Source: Alphaproteobacteria bacterium (GTDB lineage Bacteria; Pseudomonadota; Alphaproteobacteria; UBA6615). Taken from it: a stretch of DNA of 64,000 nt. The stretch covers positions 96,001 through 160,000 of the forward strand of contig CBDHEC010000056.1 in the NCBI GenBank assembly GCA_965261975.1. Direction: 5' to 3'. A model generated the notes under the pieces. The model was given only the letters and a program-made list of their open reading frames with translations. It was not told the DNA's origin and did not search any database. This document shows, piece by piece, positions 36,927 through 47,330 of this stretch. Positions within the stretch are counted from its first letter, which is position 1. Each line of letters opens with the position of its first letter. The translations under genes were made by a program, and so were the position numbers.

Positions 36927-37937
36927 ATGCCGAATGACAACACGGTCAGGCCGACCGACCGCATCCATCCGCAACAAGCCGATGCGCTCAAGCGCAATGC
37001 CGAAATCGTTGCCGAAATTGGCGGCCCTGGCGAGGGCATTGAAGAAGTGCGCGCGCGCGCCGAGGCAGCGCGCGCAGTCTGGAACGAGGGTGGTCCGGAG
37101 ATGGTCTTGGACGAGGCACGTGTGATCCCGGGCCCGTTTCGCGATGTGCCGGTACAGCTCTACAAGCCTTCAGACGACGGGTCGCTGCCGGTCTTCGTCT
37201 ATCTTCACGGTGGTGGATTCCGGATCGGCGGACCGCTTTCAAATGACCGCCAGTTGCGCGAGATCGCCGCGACGTGGGGTGGTGCGATCATCAGCGCCGA
37301 CTATGTACATGTGCCCGAGCACACGTTTCCCGACCCGGTCGACGAGATCGTTGCCGTGCTGGAGTGGCTTGCGGACAATGGCGGCGACTGGGGCCTGGAT
37401 ACGGACCGAATCGCCATCGGCGGGGCATCGGCCGGCGCGAGCGTCGCGCTCGGTGCGGCGATCACCCTGCGCGACAAGGGTCGACCCGAGTTGTTGAAGG
37501 CCATCGCCTCGCTCTATGGCGTCCTTGATTACAATCTGGAATCGGATTCCATGAAGGAACTCGGTGGTGGGGATTTCATGCTGACAACCGAGTACACGCA
37601 GATGGTCTATGACGGTTATGTGCCCGACGTGGCTGACCGGTCCGATCCGCGCGCGTTCGCCGCCAAGGCGGATCCGACAGGCCTGCCGCCGATTTTCATC
37701 GCGGCGGCCGAACTCGATCCGATCCGCGATGATTCCCTGACCTTCGCCGCAACCCTCAAGGCCGCGAAGCATTTCTTCGTGCTCGAGGTCTATCCAGGTG
37801 TGTTGCACGCCTTCTTTGGCTATTCGGGGGTCGTCGATGAGGCCAAGCGCCTGGTCAACGACGCGTCGACGTTCCTGGGGCGCGCGCTCGGCCAGGGACA
37901 GGGCGGTCATGGCGGCACCGGCAACGGGCGGGCCTAG
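36927..37937 (+). CDS. HSL-family alpha/beta hydrolase (esterase)
   Basis: HGGG oxyanion motif, GASAG nucleophile elbow, DPIRDD and HAF. Confidence 0.9.
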   Translation: MPNDNTVRPTDRIHPQQADALKRNAEIVAEIGGPGEGIEEVRARAEAARAVWNEGGPEMVLDEARVIPGPFRDVPVQLYKPSDDGSLPVFVYLHGGGFRIGGPLSNDRQLREIAATWGGAIISADYVHVPEHTFPDPVDEIVAVLEWLADNGGDWGLDTDRIAIGGASAGASVALGAAITLRDKGRPELLKAIASLYGVLDYNLESDSMKELGGGDFMLTTEYTQMVYDGYVPDVADRSDPRAFAAKADPTGLPPIFIAAAELDPIRDDSLTFAATLKAAKHFFVLEVYPGVLHAFFGYSGVVDEAKRLVNDASTFLGRALGQGQGGHGGTGNGRA

Positions 37938-37940
37938 ATC

Positions 37941-38096
37941 ATGGGTGTTGCAATCGTCGCCCTGCTTATCTCGATCGTCCTGATCTTCGTCGTGCCGCCG
38001 GTTGGCATCGTCGCAACCCCGCTATGTGCAATCTGGGTTGTCCTGGCCTTCGTCTTCAAGGTGTTGGGCTGGGGGTTCGGCGGCGGGCGTAGCTGA
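37941..38096 (+). CDS. putative 51-aa two-TM small membrane protein (below the ORF-track cutoff)
   Basis: MGVAIVALLISIVLIFVVPPVGIVATPLCAIWVVLAFVFKVLGWGFGGGRS fills the gap between the esterase and the convergent gene. Confidence 0.5.
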   Translation: MGVAIVALLISIVLIFVVPPVGIVATPLCAIWVVLAFVFKVLGWGFGGGRS

Positions 38097-38109
38097 TCGC
38101 GTTCTGCCA

Positions 38110-38949
38110 CTATTTCGTCTTCACGGCCTTGAAGCCGCGGGTGACGGCGGGCACCGAATCCTCGATCGGGAAACGCTCTGCCGAGGACCCGCCGACATAG
38201 CCGTGCAGCTGCGGGGCGAGCTTGATGAACTCTGCAAAATGCTCTGGTGTCTCGATCGACCCGCCGTGGCAGGTGATGATCCGGTCGGCATATTTGGCGC
38301 CGAGCGCGTCGGTGCAGATGGCCACCCGCTGCGCCATGTCGTCATAGTTCATGACCGTCTCGGAGCCGATGGTGCCGCCGGAGGAGTTGCCGAAATGGAC
38401 GATGATGTTGTCCACCCCGGCCTCGGCCATCGACAGGCATTCGTCGGGTGTGGTGCAGAAGGCCTTGGTGAACAGGCCCTGGCTGCTTGCATAGCCGAGC
38501 ACCTCGATCTCGCGGGCGTAGCCGGTGCCGGTCTCTTCCAGGTCCGAGCGGAATTTCCCGTCGATCAATGCGACCGTCGGGCAGTTCATCACACCGTGAT
38601 AGCCCGCCGCGGCAAGCTGGTCGACGAAGCGGTTCATGTCGCGGGTCGGATCGACGCACAGGATTCCGGCGACGACCGGGCAATCGTCTATCACGTTGAG
38701 CAGCGAGCGTTCGCCGAGCTCCAGGGTGATCGCGTTGGCGTCTCCGATGGGCAGATAGCCGGCCATCGAACTGTGCCCCTGCATGCGGAAATAGGCGAGG
38801 ATGTGGGTCGTGATCATGTCGGCGCCGCCGCGCGCGGCCATCTTCGCGGTGATCCCGGTGCCGCACAATGCGTCATAGATGGTGCGACCGGCGTCGCGTT
38901 CGGCGTTCAGGCGCTGCATGATTGTTTCGTGGGTCAGTCGGGACGCCAT
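38110..38949 (-). CDS. PEP-hydrolase / TIM-barrel signal transduction family protein
   Basis: GTGITAK...GGADM, SSMAGYLPIGDAN, PTVALIDGKFR, CHGG and GGSSAER; GGAGG SD. Confidence 0.82.
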   Translation of the reverse strand: MASRLTHETIMQRLNAERDAGRTIYDALCGTGITAKMAARGGADMITTHILAYFRMQGHSSMAGYLPIGDANAITLELGERSLLNVIDDCPVVAGILCVDPTRDMNRFVDQLAAAGYHGVMNCPTVALIDGKFRSDLEETGTGYAREIEVLGYASSQGLFTKAFCTTPDECLSMAEAGVDNIIVHFGNSSGGTIGSETVMNYDDMAQRVAICTDALGAKYADRIITCHGGSIETPEHFAEFIKLAPQLHGYVGGSSAERFPIEDSVPAVTRGFKAVKTK

Positions 38950-39072
38950 TTCCATATTCCTCCAAGCAAAGACTGGGGAGGCAGCATAACGGCATTCGTT
39001 TCGCTTTTCTCTGCCAGAATCGCCCGTCTCCGCTTCCCTTGAATCGCGCGCCTCGTCTAGGCTGATCGCGCG

Positions 39073-39756
39073 ATGCGGACCCTCTATCACCTCTGGCTTT
39101 GCCCCTTTGCGCGCAAGGTTCGAATTGTTCTGGCAGAGAAGAAACTCCCCTTCGAACTCGAGATCGAAAAGGTCTGGGAGCGGCGCGATGAATTTCTCGC
39201 CCTGAACCCGGCCGGGGAAGTTCCGGTGTTGCTGGAAGCAAACGGCGAAGACGGGCCGCCGCTGGTGCTCTCGGACTCCACCGCCATCTGCGAATATGTC
39301 GAGGAGATATGTGCCGAGCCCGGTTTGCTTGGTCGCGAACCAGAAGCGCGCGCCGAGGCGCGCCGCCTGGTGGCCTGGTTCGATCAGAAGTTCCAGCGCG
39401 AGGTGACGGTCAATCTGGTCGACGAAAAGATCAACAAGCGTTTCCTGGGCCTTGGCGCACCTTCGTCGGCGGCGATACGCGCCGGACATGTGAACATCAC
39501 CACGCATCTGTCCTATGTCGAGTATCTCATCGAGCGACGGGACTGGCTCGCAGGCCCGGATTTCTCGCTGGGCGATGTTGCCGCGGCCGCGCAGATTTCC
39601 TGTGTCGACTATGTGGGCGATGTGCCGTGGGAAGATTTCCCAGAGGCGAAGGGCTGGTATGCGCGGGTGAAGTCACGGCCCAGCATGCGTCCGATACTCG
39701 CCGATCATATCCCCGGGATTCCGCCGCCCAAGCATTACGCCAACCCGGATTTCTAG
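39073..39756 (+). CDS. fzlA: GST-family FtsZ-binding protein FzlA
   Basis: LYHLWLCPFARKVR, LNPAGEVPVL, KSRPS and C-terminal HYANPDF. Confidence 0.75.
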   Translation: MRTLYHLWLCPFARKVRIVLAEKKLPFELEIEKVWERRDEFLALNPAGEVPVLLEANGEDGPPLVLSDSTAICEYVEEICAEPGLLGREPEARAEARRLVAWFDQKFQREVTVNLVDEKINKRFLGLGAPSSAAIRAGHVNITTHLSYVEYLIERRDWLAGPDFSLGDVAAAAQISCVDYVGDVPWEDFPEAKGWYARVKSRPSMRPILADHIPGIPPPKHYANPDF

Positions 39757-39788
39757 CCGCAGGCACAGGCCCGGGATTGGAACTCCGC

Positions 39789-40604
39789 CTACTCGACCTT
39801 CACGTCCATCTGCTGCAGCGCCTCGCGGGCGGCAGTGCCCGCGCGTGAACCCGGTGCGAGAGACAACACCCGCAACCATGTTTTCCGCGCCGCGTCGAAC
39901 TCCCCGACTCCTACCTGAACCGCGCCGAGCTCCATCAATGCGTCCGGGTTGTCTGGGTCGACCACGAGCGCACGGGCGATGTCGTCGCGCGCCAAGTCTG
40001 GCACTTCGAGCAGACGGTAGGCTGCCGCGCGAAAGATCAGCGCGTCGAGACGTTCGGGGTCACGATCAAGCGCTGCCGAGAAATCATCGACCGCTTCCCA
40101 ATATTCCCCGCCCCGCGCCAGCGCATCGCCGCGATCGATCCAGATCTCGGGGTCGGATGAATCGAGCTCGAGGGCCTGGCTGAGCACCGTATGCGCGCGG
40201 CTCAGATCGCCGACATGAAGCCAGACGCTGCCCGCCTGCGCCATGACGGCGGATTGCTCGCGGGTGGTCGCCGTCGGCATATCTGCGGCGAGTGCTTCCA
40301 GTCTTGTCGCGGCCTCGTTGAATTGTCCCAACCCGAAGAGCGCCAACGCGACGCAGTGGAGTGATGGCGCACCGCCGCCCTCATCGCGCCAGGCGATCGC
40401 GGCTTCGAAACCTGCCTCGGGGTCACTACGTGCGCGTGCAAGGCAGTTTTGGTAGGCTTGCCCGATCGGCATATCGGCGTAGCGCTCCTGGGCATGCGCG
40501 CCGGGTGTTGCGACGAACGACGTCGCCGTGACGAGCAGGGCGGCCAACAAAAGAGCGACAATCTTGCCATGCCTGGCGGCGGGTGGTGATGGACGGCGCA
40601 ACAC
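39789..40604 (-). CDS. exported TPR-repeat protein
   Basis: Signal-peptide-like N-terminus; repeated A...ALELD/ALDRD/ALVVDPDN TPR motifs. Confidence 0.8.
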   Translation of the reverse strand: MLRRPSPPAARHGKIVALLLAALLVTATSFVATPGAHAQERYADMPIGQAYQNCLARARSDPEAGFEAAIAWRDEGGGAPSLHCVALALFGLGQFNEAATRLEALAADMPTATTREQSAVMAQAGSVWLHVGDLSRAHTVLSQALELDSSDPEIWIDRGDALARGGEYWEAVDDFSAALDRDPERLDALIFRAAAYRLLEVPDLARDDIARALVVDPDNPDALMELGAVQVGVGEFDAARKTWLRVLSLAPGSRAGTAAREALQQMDVKVE

Positions 40605-40702
40605 GCGGGCTCCTATTCTGTCATTCTGATCTAGCAGTGCTCCGCGATCCGCGCAAAATTCTCATGCCGTGAAACGAACGAGAGCAACCGGACAAGGTGA
40701 GT

Positions 40703-41578
40703 ATGACGACACGGACTTTACTGGTGTTCGGCCTGGGGTTTAGCGCCCGGGTCCTGGTGGATCGGCTCCAGCCCGCCGGCTGGACCGTGCGTGCAACCGC
40801 ACGAAGCGCAGAGAAGGTTGCGGCGCTGCGGGCTGAAGGCATCGATGCGTTCCTCTTCGACGGAACGGCGCCGATCGCCGATAAAGCCAATGCGTTCGAT
40901 GGGGTCAGCCACCTCCTCCTGTCGGTGCCGCCCGATGCGGACGGTGACCCCGTTCTGGCGCAGCATGGTGGCGATATTGCGGCGCTGGCGGGAGGCATCG
41001 CCTGGGCCGGCTATCTCTCGACCACCGGCGTTTATGGCGATCGCGCTGGCGGCTGGGTTGACGAGACATCCGAGCTTACGCCGGCCACCGAACGCGGACA
41101 GCGCCGGGTCGAGGCCGAGGCCGGCTGGTGCCGCCTGTGGCGCGAGTCGGGCCTACCGATTCATCTTTTCCGTCTCGCAGGTATCTACGGCCCCGGGCGC
41201 AACGCGCTGGAGACGGTGCGGTCCGGCAAGGCGCGTCGCGTGATCAAGCAGGGACAGGTGTTCAGCCGCACCCATGTGGCCGACATCGCGACGGTCCTGG
41301 AGGCGTCGATTGCGCGCCCCAACCCGGGTGCGGCCTATAATGTCTGTGACGACGACCCCGCGCCGCCCCAGGAGGTGGTGACCTATGCCTGTGAGCTTCT
41401 GGGAGTCGATCCTCCGCCGGAAATTCGCTTCGAGGATGCCGAGATGTCGGAGATGGGCCGCAGCTTTTACGCGGAATCGAAACGCGTCTCTAACCGGCGC
41501 ATCAAGGAAGAGCTCGGTGTGGCGCTGGCCTATCCCGACTATCGGGCGGGGCTGGCGGCGCTGTTGTCGGACAGCTGA
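40703..41578 (+). CDS. atypical SDR / NAD-dependent epimerase family protein
   Basis: VFGLGFS, YLSTTGVYGD, FRLAGIYGPGR and FSRTHVADI. Confidence 0.87.
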   Translation: MTTRTLLVFGLGFSARVLVDRLQPAGWTVRATARSAEKVAALRAEGIDAFLFDGTAPIADKANAFDGVSHLLLSVPPDADGDPVLAQHGGDIAALAGGIAWAGYLSTTGVYGDRAGGWVDETSELTPATERGQRRVEAEAGWCRLWRESGLPIHLFRLAGIYGPGRNALETVRSGKARRVIKQGQVFSRTHVADIATVLEASIARPNPGAAYNVCDDDPAPPQEVVTYACELLGVDPPPEIRFEDAEMSEMGRSFYAESKRVSNRRIKEELGVALAYPDYRAGLAALLSDS

Positions 41579-42392
41579 TCGCACAGACGCTCGACCACGC
41601 CGACCATCCGTGCCAGGTCGCGCGGTTCCGAAAGGCGGTGGTCGCCGTCCTTGATCAGGATGAGTTCAACATCGTCCGACGTCAGCGCATTCATCAGTTT
41701 CTGCGATTGTGTCCAGGGCACGTCCGGGTCTGAACTGCCGTGGATCAGCCGCACGGGAATGTCCAGCGCCAGCGGCGTTTTCAGAACGAGATGGTTGTGA
41801 CCTTCTGCGAGCAAGTCGCCGGTGATCACATAGGGCTCGTCGGCATATTCCGACGGTGCCTCGTAGAACCCTGTCTCGGCGATCTGCGCCAGCGCCTGGG
41901 GGCCGAGCCTCACGGGCAGCAGGTCTTCGGTGAAATCGGCAGCGGCCGCGATGGTCACGAGCCCGGCGATGTTCTGGGTGCCGGCATCTGCGTTCAGGGC
42001 TTTTGCGACGAGGGTGGCGATCCAGCCGCCCATGGAGGAGCCGACCAGCACGAGGTTTCCACCCAGTCCCGGCACCGTGCGCCCCGCGTGGCGGATCACG
42101 GTCAGCGCGTCGTCGCGCCAGCGACCGATGGTGCCATCGCGAAACGCGCCAGCCGATGCGCCCATGGCCCGAATAGTCCAGTCGCAGAAATGCGCGGCCC
42201 GTCTCGCGTGCCCACGCCTCCAAAACGGTTGCCTTCCTGGCCGGTCATATCGGACATAAAGCCACCGAGGAACACGACGCCGGGTGCCTGAGTAGAGGAC
42301 GTTCCGCTGTCGGACGCTTGCACCGGCGTCGCGCAATATGCGAGGGCGGTACCGTCTACGGCGTCGACGAAGTGGATGTCGGCGGAAACCAT
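41539..42392 (-). pseudogene. alpha/beta hydrolase (ABHD10-like) with two +1 frameshifts (about 42238 and 42162)
   Basis: VFLGGFMSDMTG, then LEAWARETGRAFLRLDYSGHG, then GTIGRW...VGSSMGGW...HG..D..VP...GDHRLS occur in three successive frames. Confidence 0.8.
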
Positions 42393-42412
42393 CAGGACAA
42401 GAACTTAGCTGA

Positions 42413-43670
42413 ATGAACGACGGTCCCGATTCTAACACCAAGGTTGACGACACGGCGAGTGCGGCCAGCGAAGCGGCGGCGCGCGAGACGGCGGCGCGGC
42501 TGCCGGTGGTGCTTCAGGTGTTGCCGTCGCTCGATGTCGGCGGCGGCGGGGTGGAGCGAAGCGCCATCGACGTGGCCGAGGCGCTGGTCCTGGCGGGCAA
42601 GACCGCGATCGTCGCCTCGTCGGGCGGTCGCCAGGTCGCGGAGCTCGAGCGCCGGGGGGTGCAACATGTTGAGTTGCCGCTTGCATCGAAGAACCCCCTG
42701 ATCATCCGGCGCAACATTGCGCGCCTCGCAGAGCTCATCGCGGCGTGAGCATGTGGAGCTGGTGCATGCCCGTTCCCGTGCGCCGGCCTGGAGCGCGCGT
42801 GCGGCCGCGCGTGCCGCAGGTCTGCCCTTCGTCACCACGTTCCACGGCACCTACAATTTCGGCAGCGGCACCTTCGGCGCCCTGAAGAAGCGCTACAACG
42901 CGGTGATGGCCGACGGCGACATGGTGATCGCCAATTCGCAGTTCATCGCCGCGCATATGAAAGAGAATTACGGGGTGCCCGATGGGCGCATCCGGACGAT
43001 CCCCCGCGGCATCGACACGGCGCGTTTCGATGCCGAGGGTTTCAATCCCAACCGGATGGTCGATGTCTCAACCCGCTGGCGCCTCGATGACGGGAATGCG
43101 GTCGTCACGCTGCCGGGACGTTTGACCCGCTGGAAGGGCCAGCTCCTGTTCGTCGAGGCCCTGGCGCGGCTCAAGGCTCGCCGCGGGTCGGAGGACTTCC
43201 GCGTGACCGGCCTGTTGGTCGGCTCCGACCAGGGGCGCGAGGCCTATCGCCAGGAACTGGAAGACCATATTTCCGAGAAGGGTCTCGGCGGCAATGTGCA
43301 GATCGTCGGCCATTGTGAAGACATGCCGGCCGCATACATGCTGTCGGACGTGGTGGTTTCGGCCTCGACCGACCCGGAGGCGTTCGGCCGGGTGATCGCC
43401 GAAGCTCAGGCCATGGGGCGGCCCGTGGTGGTGGCAGACCATGGCGGGGCGACCGAGCAGGTCCTCGCCGGCGAGACCGGATGGCTGTTTGCCCCGGGTG
43501 ACCCCGAGAGTTTTGCTGATGCGCTCGAGACCGCACTCACATTGGACACGGCGAAACGCGAGGCACTCGCCGTGAGGGCCGCCGTGCATGTGCGCGAGAA
43601 TTTCTCCAAGGCCGGCATGTGCGCCGACACGTTGCGGGTCTATGCCGCCCTCCATGAGGCACGCGCCTGA
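42413..43670 (+). pseudogene. GT4 glycosyltransferase with a +1 frameshift near 42742
   Basis: LQVLPSLDVGGGGVER in ORF 42413-42748 continues as HARSRAPAWS...TTFHGTY...EAFGRVIAEAQAMG in ORF 42717-43670. Confidence 0.82.
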
Positions 43671-44596
43671 TGAGTGCGCAACGTATTCTGGTGATCAAGC
43701 TGGGGGCCCTGGGTGACGTCGTCCAGGCGACGGGTCCGTTCGCTGCGATCCGCGCCCATCACCCCGATGCGCATATCACCTTGCTGACGTCTTCCGCCTA
43801 CAGCGAATTCCTGGGGGCCTCCGAATGGTTCGACGAGGTCTGGGTCGACGACCGGCCGAGTTGGAAGAACTTCTGGGGCTGGTATCGCCTGCGGTTCCGG
43901 TTGCGGTACGGCCGCTTCGACCGGGCCTATGATCTGCAGACCTCGGACCGCTCGAGCCTCTACTATCACCTCATGGCACCGGGTCGTCGCCCGGCCTGGT
44001 CGGGCATCGCGCGCGGCGCAGCCTTGCGTCACAAGAATCCCGACCGTGACAACATGCACACGATCGACCGCCAGAGCGATCAGCTCGCCGTCGCGGGAAT
44101 CGAGAAGGTGCCCGCACCCTCCCTCGACTGGGTGCAGGCCGACACGGCGCGTTTCGGTATCGCCGGTCCGTATGTGTTGCTGGTGCCCGGCGGGTCCGCC
44201 CATCGTCCCGACAAGCGCTGGCCGGTGGGGTCGTACACCGAACTGGCGCGCCGGCTCGTGGCGCGCGGCGTGACGCCTGTGCTCATCGGCGCGGGCGCAG
44301 ATGCCCACGCGACCGGCACCATCGCGTCTTTTTGCACCGACGCGATGGACCTGACGTCGGATACGAGCTTCGCCGAGATCACCGCGCTGGCCCGGGATGC
44401 GAAGGGCGCTGTGGGCAACGATACGGGCCCCATGCACGTCATTGCGACGGCGGGTTGCCCGTCGGTCGCGCTCTATTCGTTTGCCTCCGACCCCGCGCTG
44501 TGCGCCCAAAAGGGGGAGGATGTGACCATCCTGCGCCGCGACCAGCTGGCGGAACTTTCCGTCGACGAGGTTGAAGCGGCGCTCCGACTGGACTAA
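43670..44596 (+). CDS. GT9 ADP-heptose:LPS heptosyltransferase family protein
   Basis: ILVIKLGALGDV, DLQ, KRWP and GNDTGPMH. Confidence 0.9.
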   Translation: MSAQRILVIKLGALGDVVQATGPFAAIRAHHPDAHITLLTSSAYSEFLGASEWFDEVWVDDRPSWKNFWGWYRLRFRLRYGRFDRAYDLQTSDRSSLYYHLMAPGRRPAWSGIARGAALRHKNPDRDNMHTIDRQSDQLAVAGIEKVPAPSLDWVQADTARFGIAGPYVLLVPGGSAHRPDKRWPVGSYTELARRLVARGVTPVLIGAGADAHATGTIASFCTDAMDLTSDTSFAEITALARDAKGAVGNDTGPMHVIATAGCPSVALYSFASDPALCAQKGEDVTILRRDQLAELSVDEVEAALRLD

Positions 44597-44662
44597 ATCC
44601 CGCACACGCGCTCGGTTTTGGTTAACCGGGCGTTTGGAAATTTGAGAGACAACGGAACCGAT

Positions 44663-46675
44663 ATGGCAGACCCAGCATCCGCAAACCAGGTCACGATCAC
44701 ACTGCCCGATGGCAGCACGCGCGTTTTCGACGGCGCGGTGACCGGTACTGCGCTGGCCGCCGATATCGGCCCCGGTCTGGCCAAGGCGGCGCTCGCCGTC
44801 CGGGTGGGTGGCGAGATCCGCGACCTGGCGCGGCCCATCGAGGCTGATGCTGAAGTATCGATCATCACGATCAAGGACGAGGACGCGCTCGAGCTGATCC
44901 GCCACGATGCGGCCCATGTGCTGGCAGAGGCGGTCCAGGAACTATTCCCGGGCACGCAGATCACGTTTGGTCCGGCAACGGATGACGGCTTCTATTACGA
45001 CTTCCACCGGGCGGAAGCCTTTTCGTCGGACGACTTCGAGGCCATCGAGAAGAAGATGGAAGAGATCGTGTCGCGCGATGAAGAGATTATCCGCGAGGTC
45101 TGGTCGCGCGACGAGGTTCGCGCCTATTTCGAAAAGCAGGGCGAGACGTTCAAGGCCGAGTGGGTCGGTGAGCTCCCCGAGGGCGAAGACATCACGATGT
45201 ACCGCCAGGGGGACTGGATCGACCTGTGCCGCGGCCCGCATCTTTCGTCGACGGGGAAACTGCCCAAGGCGTTCAAGCTGATGAAACTCGCCGGCGCCTA
45301 CTGGCGTGGCGATGCGGCGAATGACCAGCTCCAGCGAATCTACGGCACGGCCTGGCGCAACGAGAAGGAACTCAAGGCCCATCTGACGATGATCGAGGAG
45401 GCCGAGAAGCGCGACCATCGTCGCATCGGCCGCGAGATGGACCTGTTCCACATGCAGGAGGCCGCCGTCGGTTCGGTCTTCTGGCACCCCAAGGGTTGGA
45501 CGCTCTACCGGGCGTGCGAGGACTATATGCGCACGCGCCTCGATGGGGCCGGCTACACGGAAGTGAAGACGCCCCAACTCGTCGATCGGGCCCTGTGGGA
45601 GCGCTCCGGGCATTGGGAGAAATTCCGCGAGCATATGTTCGTGGCCGAGGTGGACGAGAGCGATCCGGCCGCCCATGGCCACGACCATGATCACGATGCG
45701 CCCTCGACGGCAGCCAACCGGATGCTGGCGCTGAAGCCGATGAACTGCCCGTGTCACGTGCAGATTTTCAGCAACTCCGGCATGAAGAGCTATCGTGATC
45801 TGCCGATGCGCATGGCCGAGTTCGGCTCCTGCCATCGTTACGAGCCATCGGGCGCGCTGCACGGGATCATGCGGGTGCGCGCCTTCACGCAGGACGACGC
45901 CCATATCTTCTGCACCGAAGACCAGATCGTCGAAGAGACGAAATCCTTCTGCGAGCTGCTGCTGTCGGTCTACCGGGATTTCGGTTTCGAAGAGGTGGCG
46001 GTGAAGTTCTCCGACCGCCCCGAGGTGCGCGCCGGCGAAGACGCGACCTGGGACCGTGCCGAGGCGGCGCTGATGGATGCGACCAAGGCCGCGGGGCTCG
46101 ACTTCACGCTCAACCCGGGCGAGGGCGCCTTCTACGGGCCGAAGCTCGAATTCGTGCTGCGTGATGCCATCGGCCGCGACTGGCAGTGCGGTACGTTGCA
46201 GGTGGATTTCGTCCTGCCCGAGCGCCTCGATGCCAGCTACATCGACGAGAGTGGCGAGAAGGCGCGGCCGGTCATGCTGCACCGGGCGATCCTCGGCTCC
46301 TTCGAGCGGTTCCTCGGCATCCTGATCGAGAACTATGCGGGCCGTTTCCCGCTCTGGCTGGCGCCGACCCAGGTGGTGGTGGCCACGATCACCAGCGACG
46401 CCAACGATTATGCCGAGGAGGTCGCGGCGGCGTGCCGCGCCGCCGGCCTGCGTGTCGAGGCGGATCTGCGCAACGAAAAGATCAACTACAAGGTGCGCGA
46501 GCACAGCCACGCCCATGTGCCGGCGATCCTGGTTGTTGGTCGCCGCGAGGCCGAGGAGGGCACGGTCGCCGTCCGCCGCCTCGGATCGAAGGAACAGGAA
46601 GTACTTGCGTTGGGCGACGCGGTCGGCAAACTAAGCGCCGAAGCCGAAAGCCCGGCGGCGAAGCATGCCGTCTAG
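44663..46675 (+). CDS. thrS: threonine--tRNA ligase
   Basis: TGS domain, [35 protein letters not shown] and HRAILGS. Confidence 0.98.
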   Translation: MADPASANQVTITLPDGSTRVFDGAVTGTALAADIGPGLAKAALAVRVGGEIRDLARPIEADAEVSIITIKDEDALELIRHDAAHVLAEAVQELFPGTQITFGPATDDGFYYDFHRAEAFSSDDFEAIEKKMEEIVSRDEEIIREVWSRDEVRAYFEKQGETFKAEWVGELPEGEDITMYRQGDWIDLCRGPHLSSTGKLPKAFKLMKLAGAYWRGDAANDQLQRIYGTAWRNEKELKAHLTMIEEAEKRDHRRIGREMDLFHMQEAAVGSVFWHPKGWTLYRACEDYMRTRLDGAGYTEVKTPQLVDRALWERSGHWEKFREHMFVAEVDESDPAAHGHDHDHDAPSTAANRMLALKPMNCPCHVQIFSNSGMKSYRDLPMRMAEFGSCHRYEPSGALHGIMRVRAFTQDDAHIFCTEDQIVEETKSFCELLLSVYRDFGFEEVAVKFSDRPEVRAGEDATWDRAEAALMDATKAAGLDFTLNPGEGAFYGPKLEFVLRDAIGRDWQCGTLQVDFVLPERLDASYIDESGEKARPVMLHRAILGSFERFLGILIENYAGRFPLWLAPTQVVVATITSDANDYAEEVAAACRAAGLRVEADLRNEKINYKVREHSHAHVPAILVVGRREAEEGTVAVRRLGSKEQEVLALGDAVGKLSAEAESPAAKHAV

Positions 46676-46717
46676 TGCGGCCGGCGACACGGAAACAACA
46701 TTGAATGGAGAATTGTA

Positions 46718-47257
46718 ATCGCTAGACGACCAGTAGATCAGAGCCCCCCGAAGAAGGATGGGCCGCGCACCAATGAGGACATTACCGTGACCCAGGTCCG
46801 CCTCGTTGACGAGAACGGCGAACAGGTAGGCGTCGTCGATACGCCCGCCGCACTGCAGCGCGCCATGGATGTAGGGCTCGACCTGGTAGAGGTGTCACCG
46901 AACGCCGATCCGCCGGTTTGCAAGATTATCGATCACGGGAAGCTCAAATATCAGGAGCAGAAGAAGCGCAACGAGGCGCGCAAGAAGCAGAAGACGATCG
47001 ACGTCAAGGAGATCAAGCTTCGCCCCAACATCGACACCCATGACTACGACGTGAAGATGCGCAACGCCCGCCGGTTCATCGACGACGGTGACAAGGTGAA
47101 GGTGACCCTGCGCTTCCGCGGCCGCGAGATGGCCCATCAGGATCTGGGCGCCCAGGTGCTCGAGCGGGTTCGCACCGAACTCGACGAGATCGCCAAGGTC
47201 GAACAGATGCCGAAGATGGAAGGCCGCCAGATGGTGATGGTGATCTCACCGCGCTAG
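46718..47257 (+). CDS. infC: translation initiation factor IF-3 with a probable non-canonical AUC start
   Basis: [28 protein letters not shown] and FRGRE. The frame extends upstream to ATC 46718 (IARRP...[10 protein letters not shown]), 7 nt after GGAG. Confidence 0.93.
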   Translation: MARRPVDQSPPKKDGPRTNEDITVTQVRLVDENGEQVGVVDTPAALQRAMDVGLDLVEVSPNADPPVCKIIDHGKLKYQEQKKRNEARKKQKTIDVKEIKLRPNIDTHDYDVKMRNARRFIDDGDKVKVTLRFRGREMAHQDLGAQVLERVRTELDEIAKVEQMPKMEGRQMVMVISPR

Positions 47258-47286
47258 GCGACCCCAATTCGCGAAATAGAATGCCG

Positions 47287-47318
47287 AAAGCCCCGCGCGG
47301 TTCCCGCACGGGGCTTTT
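47287..47318. terminator. bidirectional intrinsic terminator between infC and the alternative oxidase gene
   Basis: AAAGCCCCG...CGGGGCTTTT inverted repeat. Confidence 0.7.
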
Positions 47319-47330
47319 GATTTGGGTTGT

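Noticed and set aside
42746-42748. TGA ending ORF 42413-42748 as a possible second selenocysteine codon
   Set aside because: It is not at a Cys position, and the protein continues in a different frame, so this is a frameshift.
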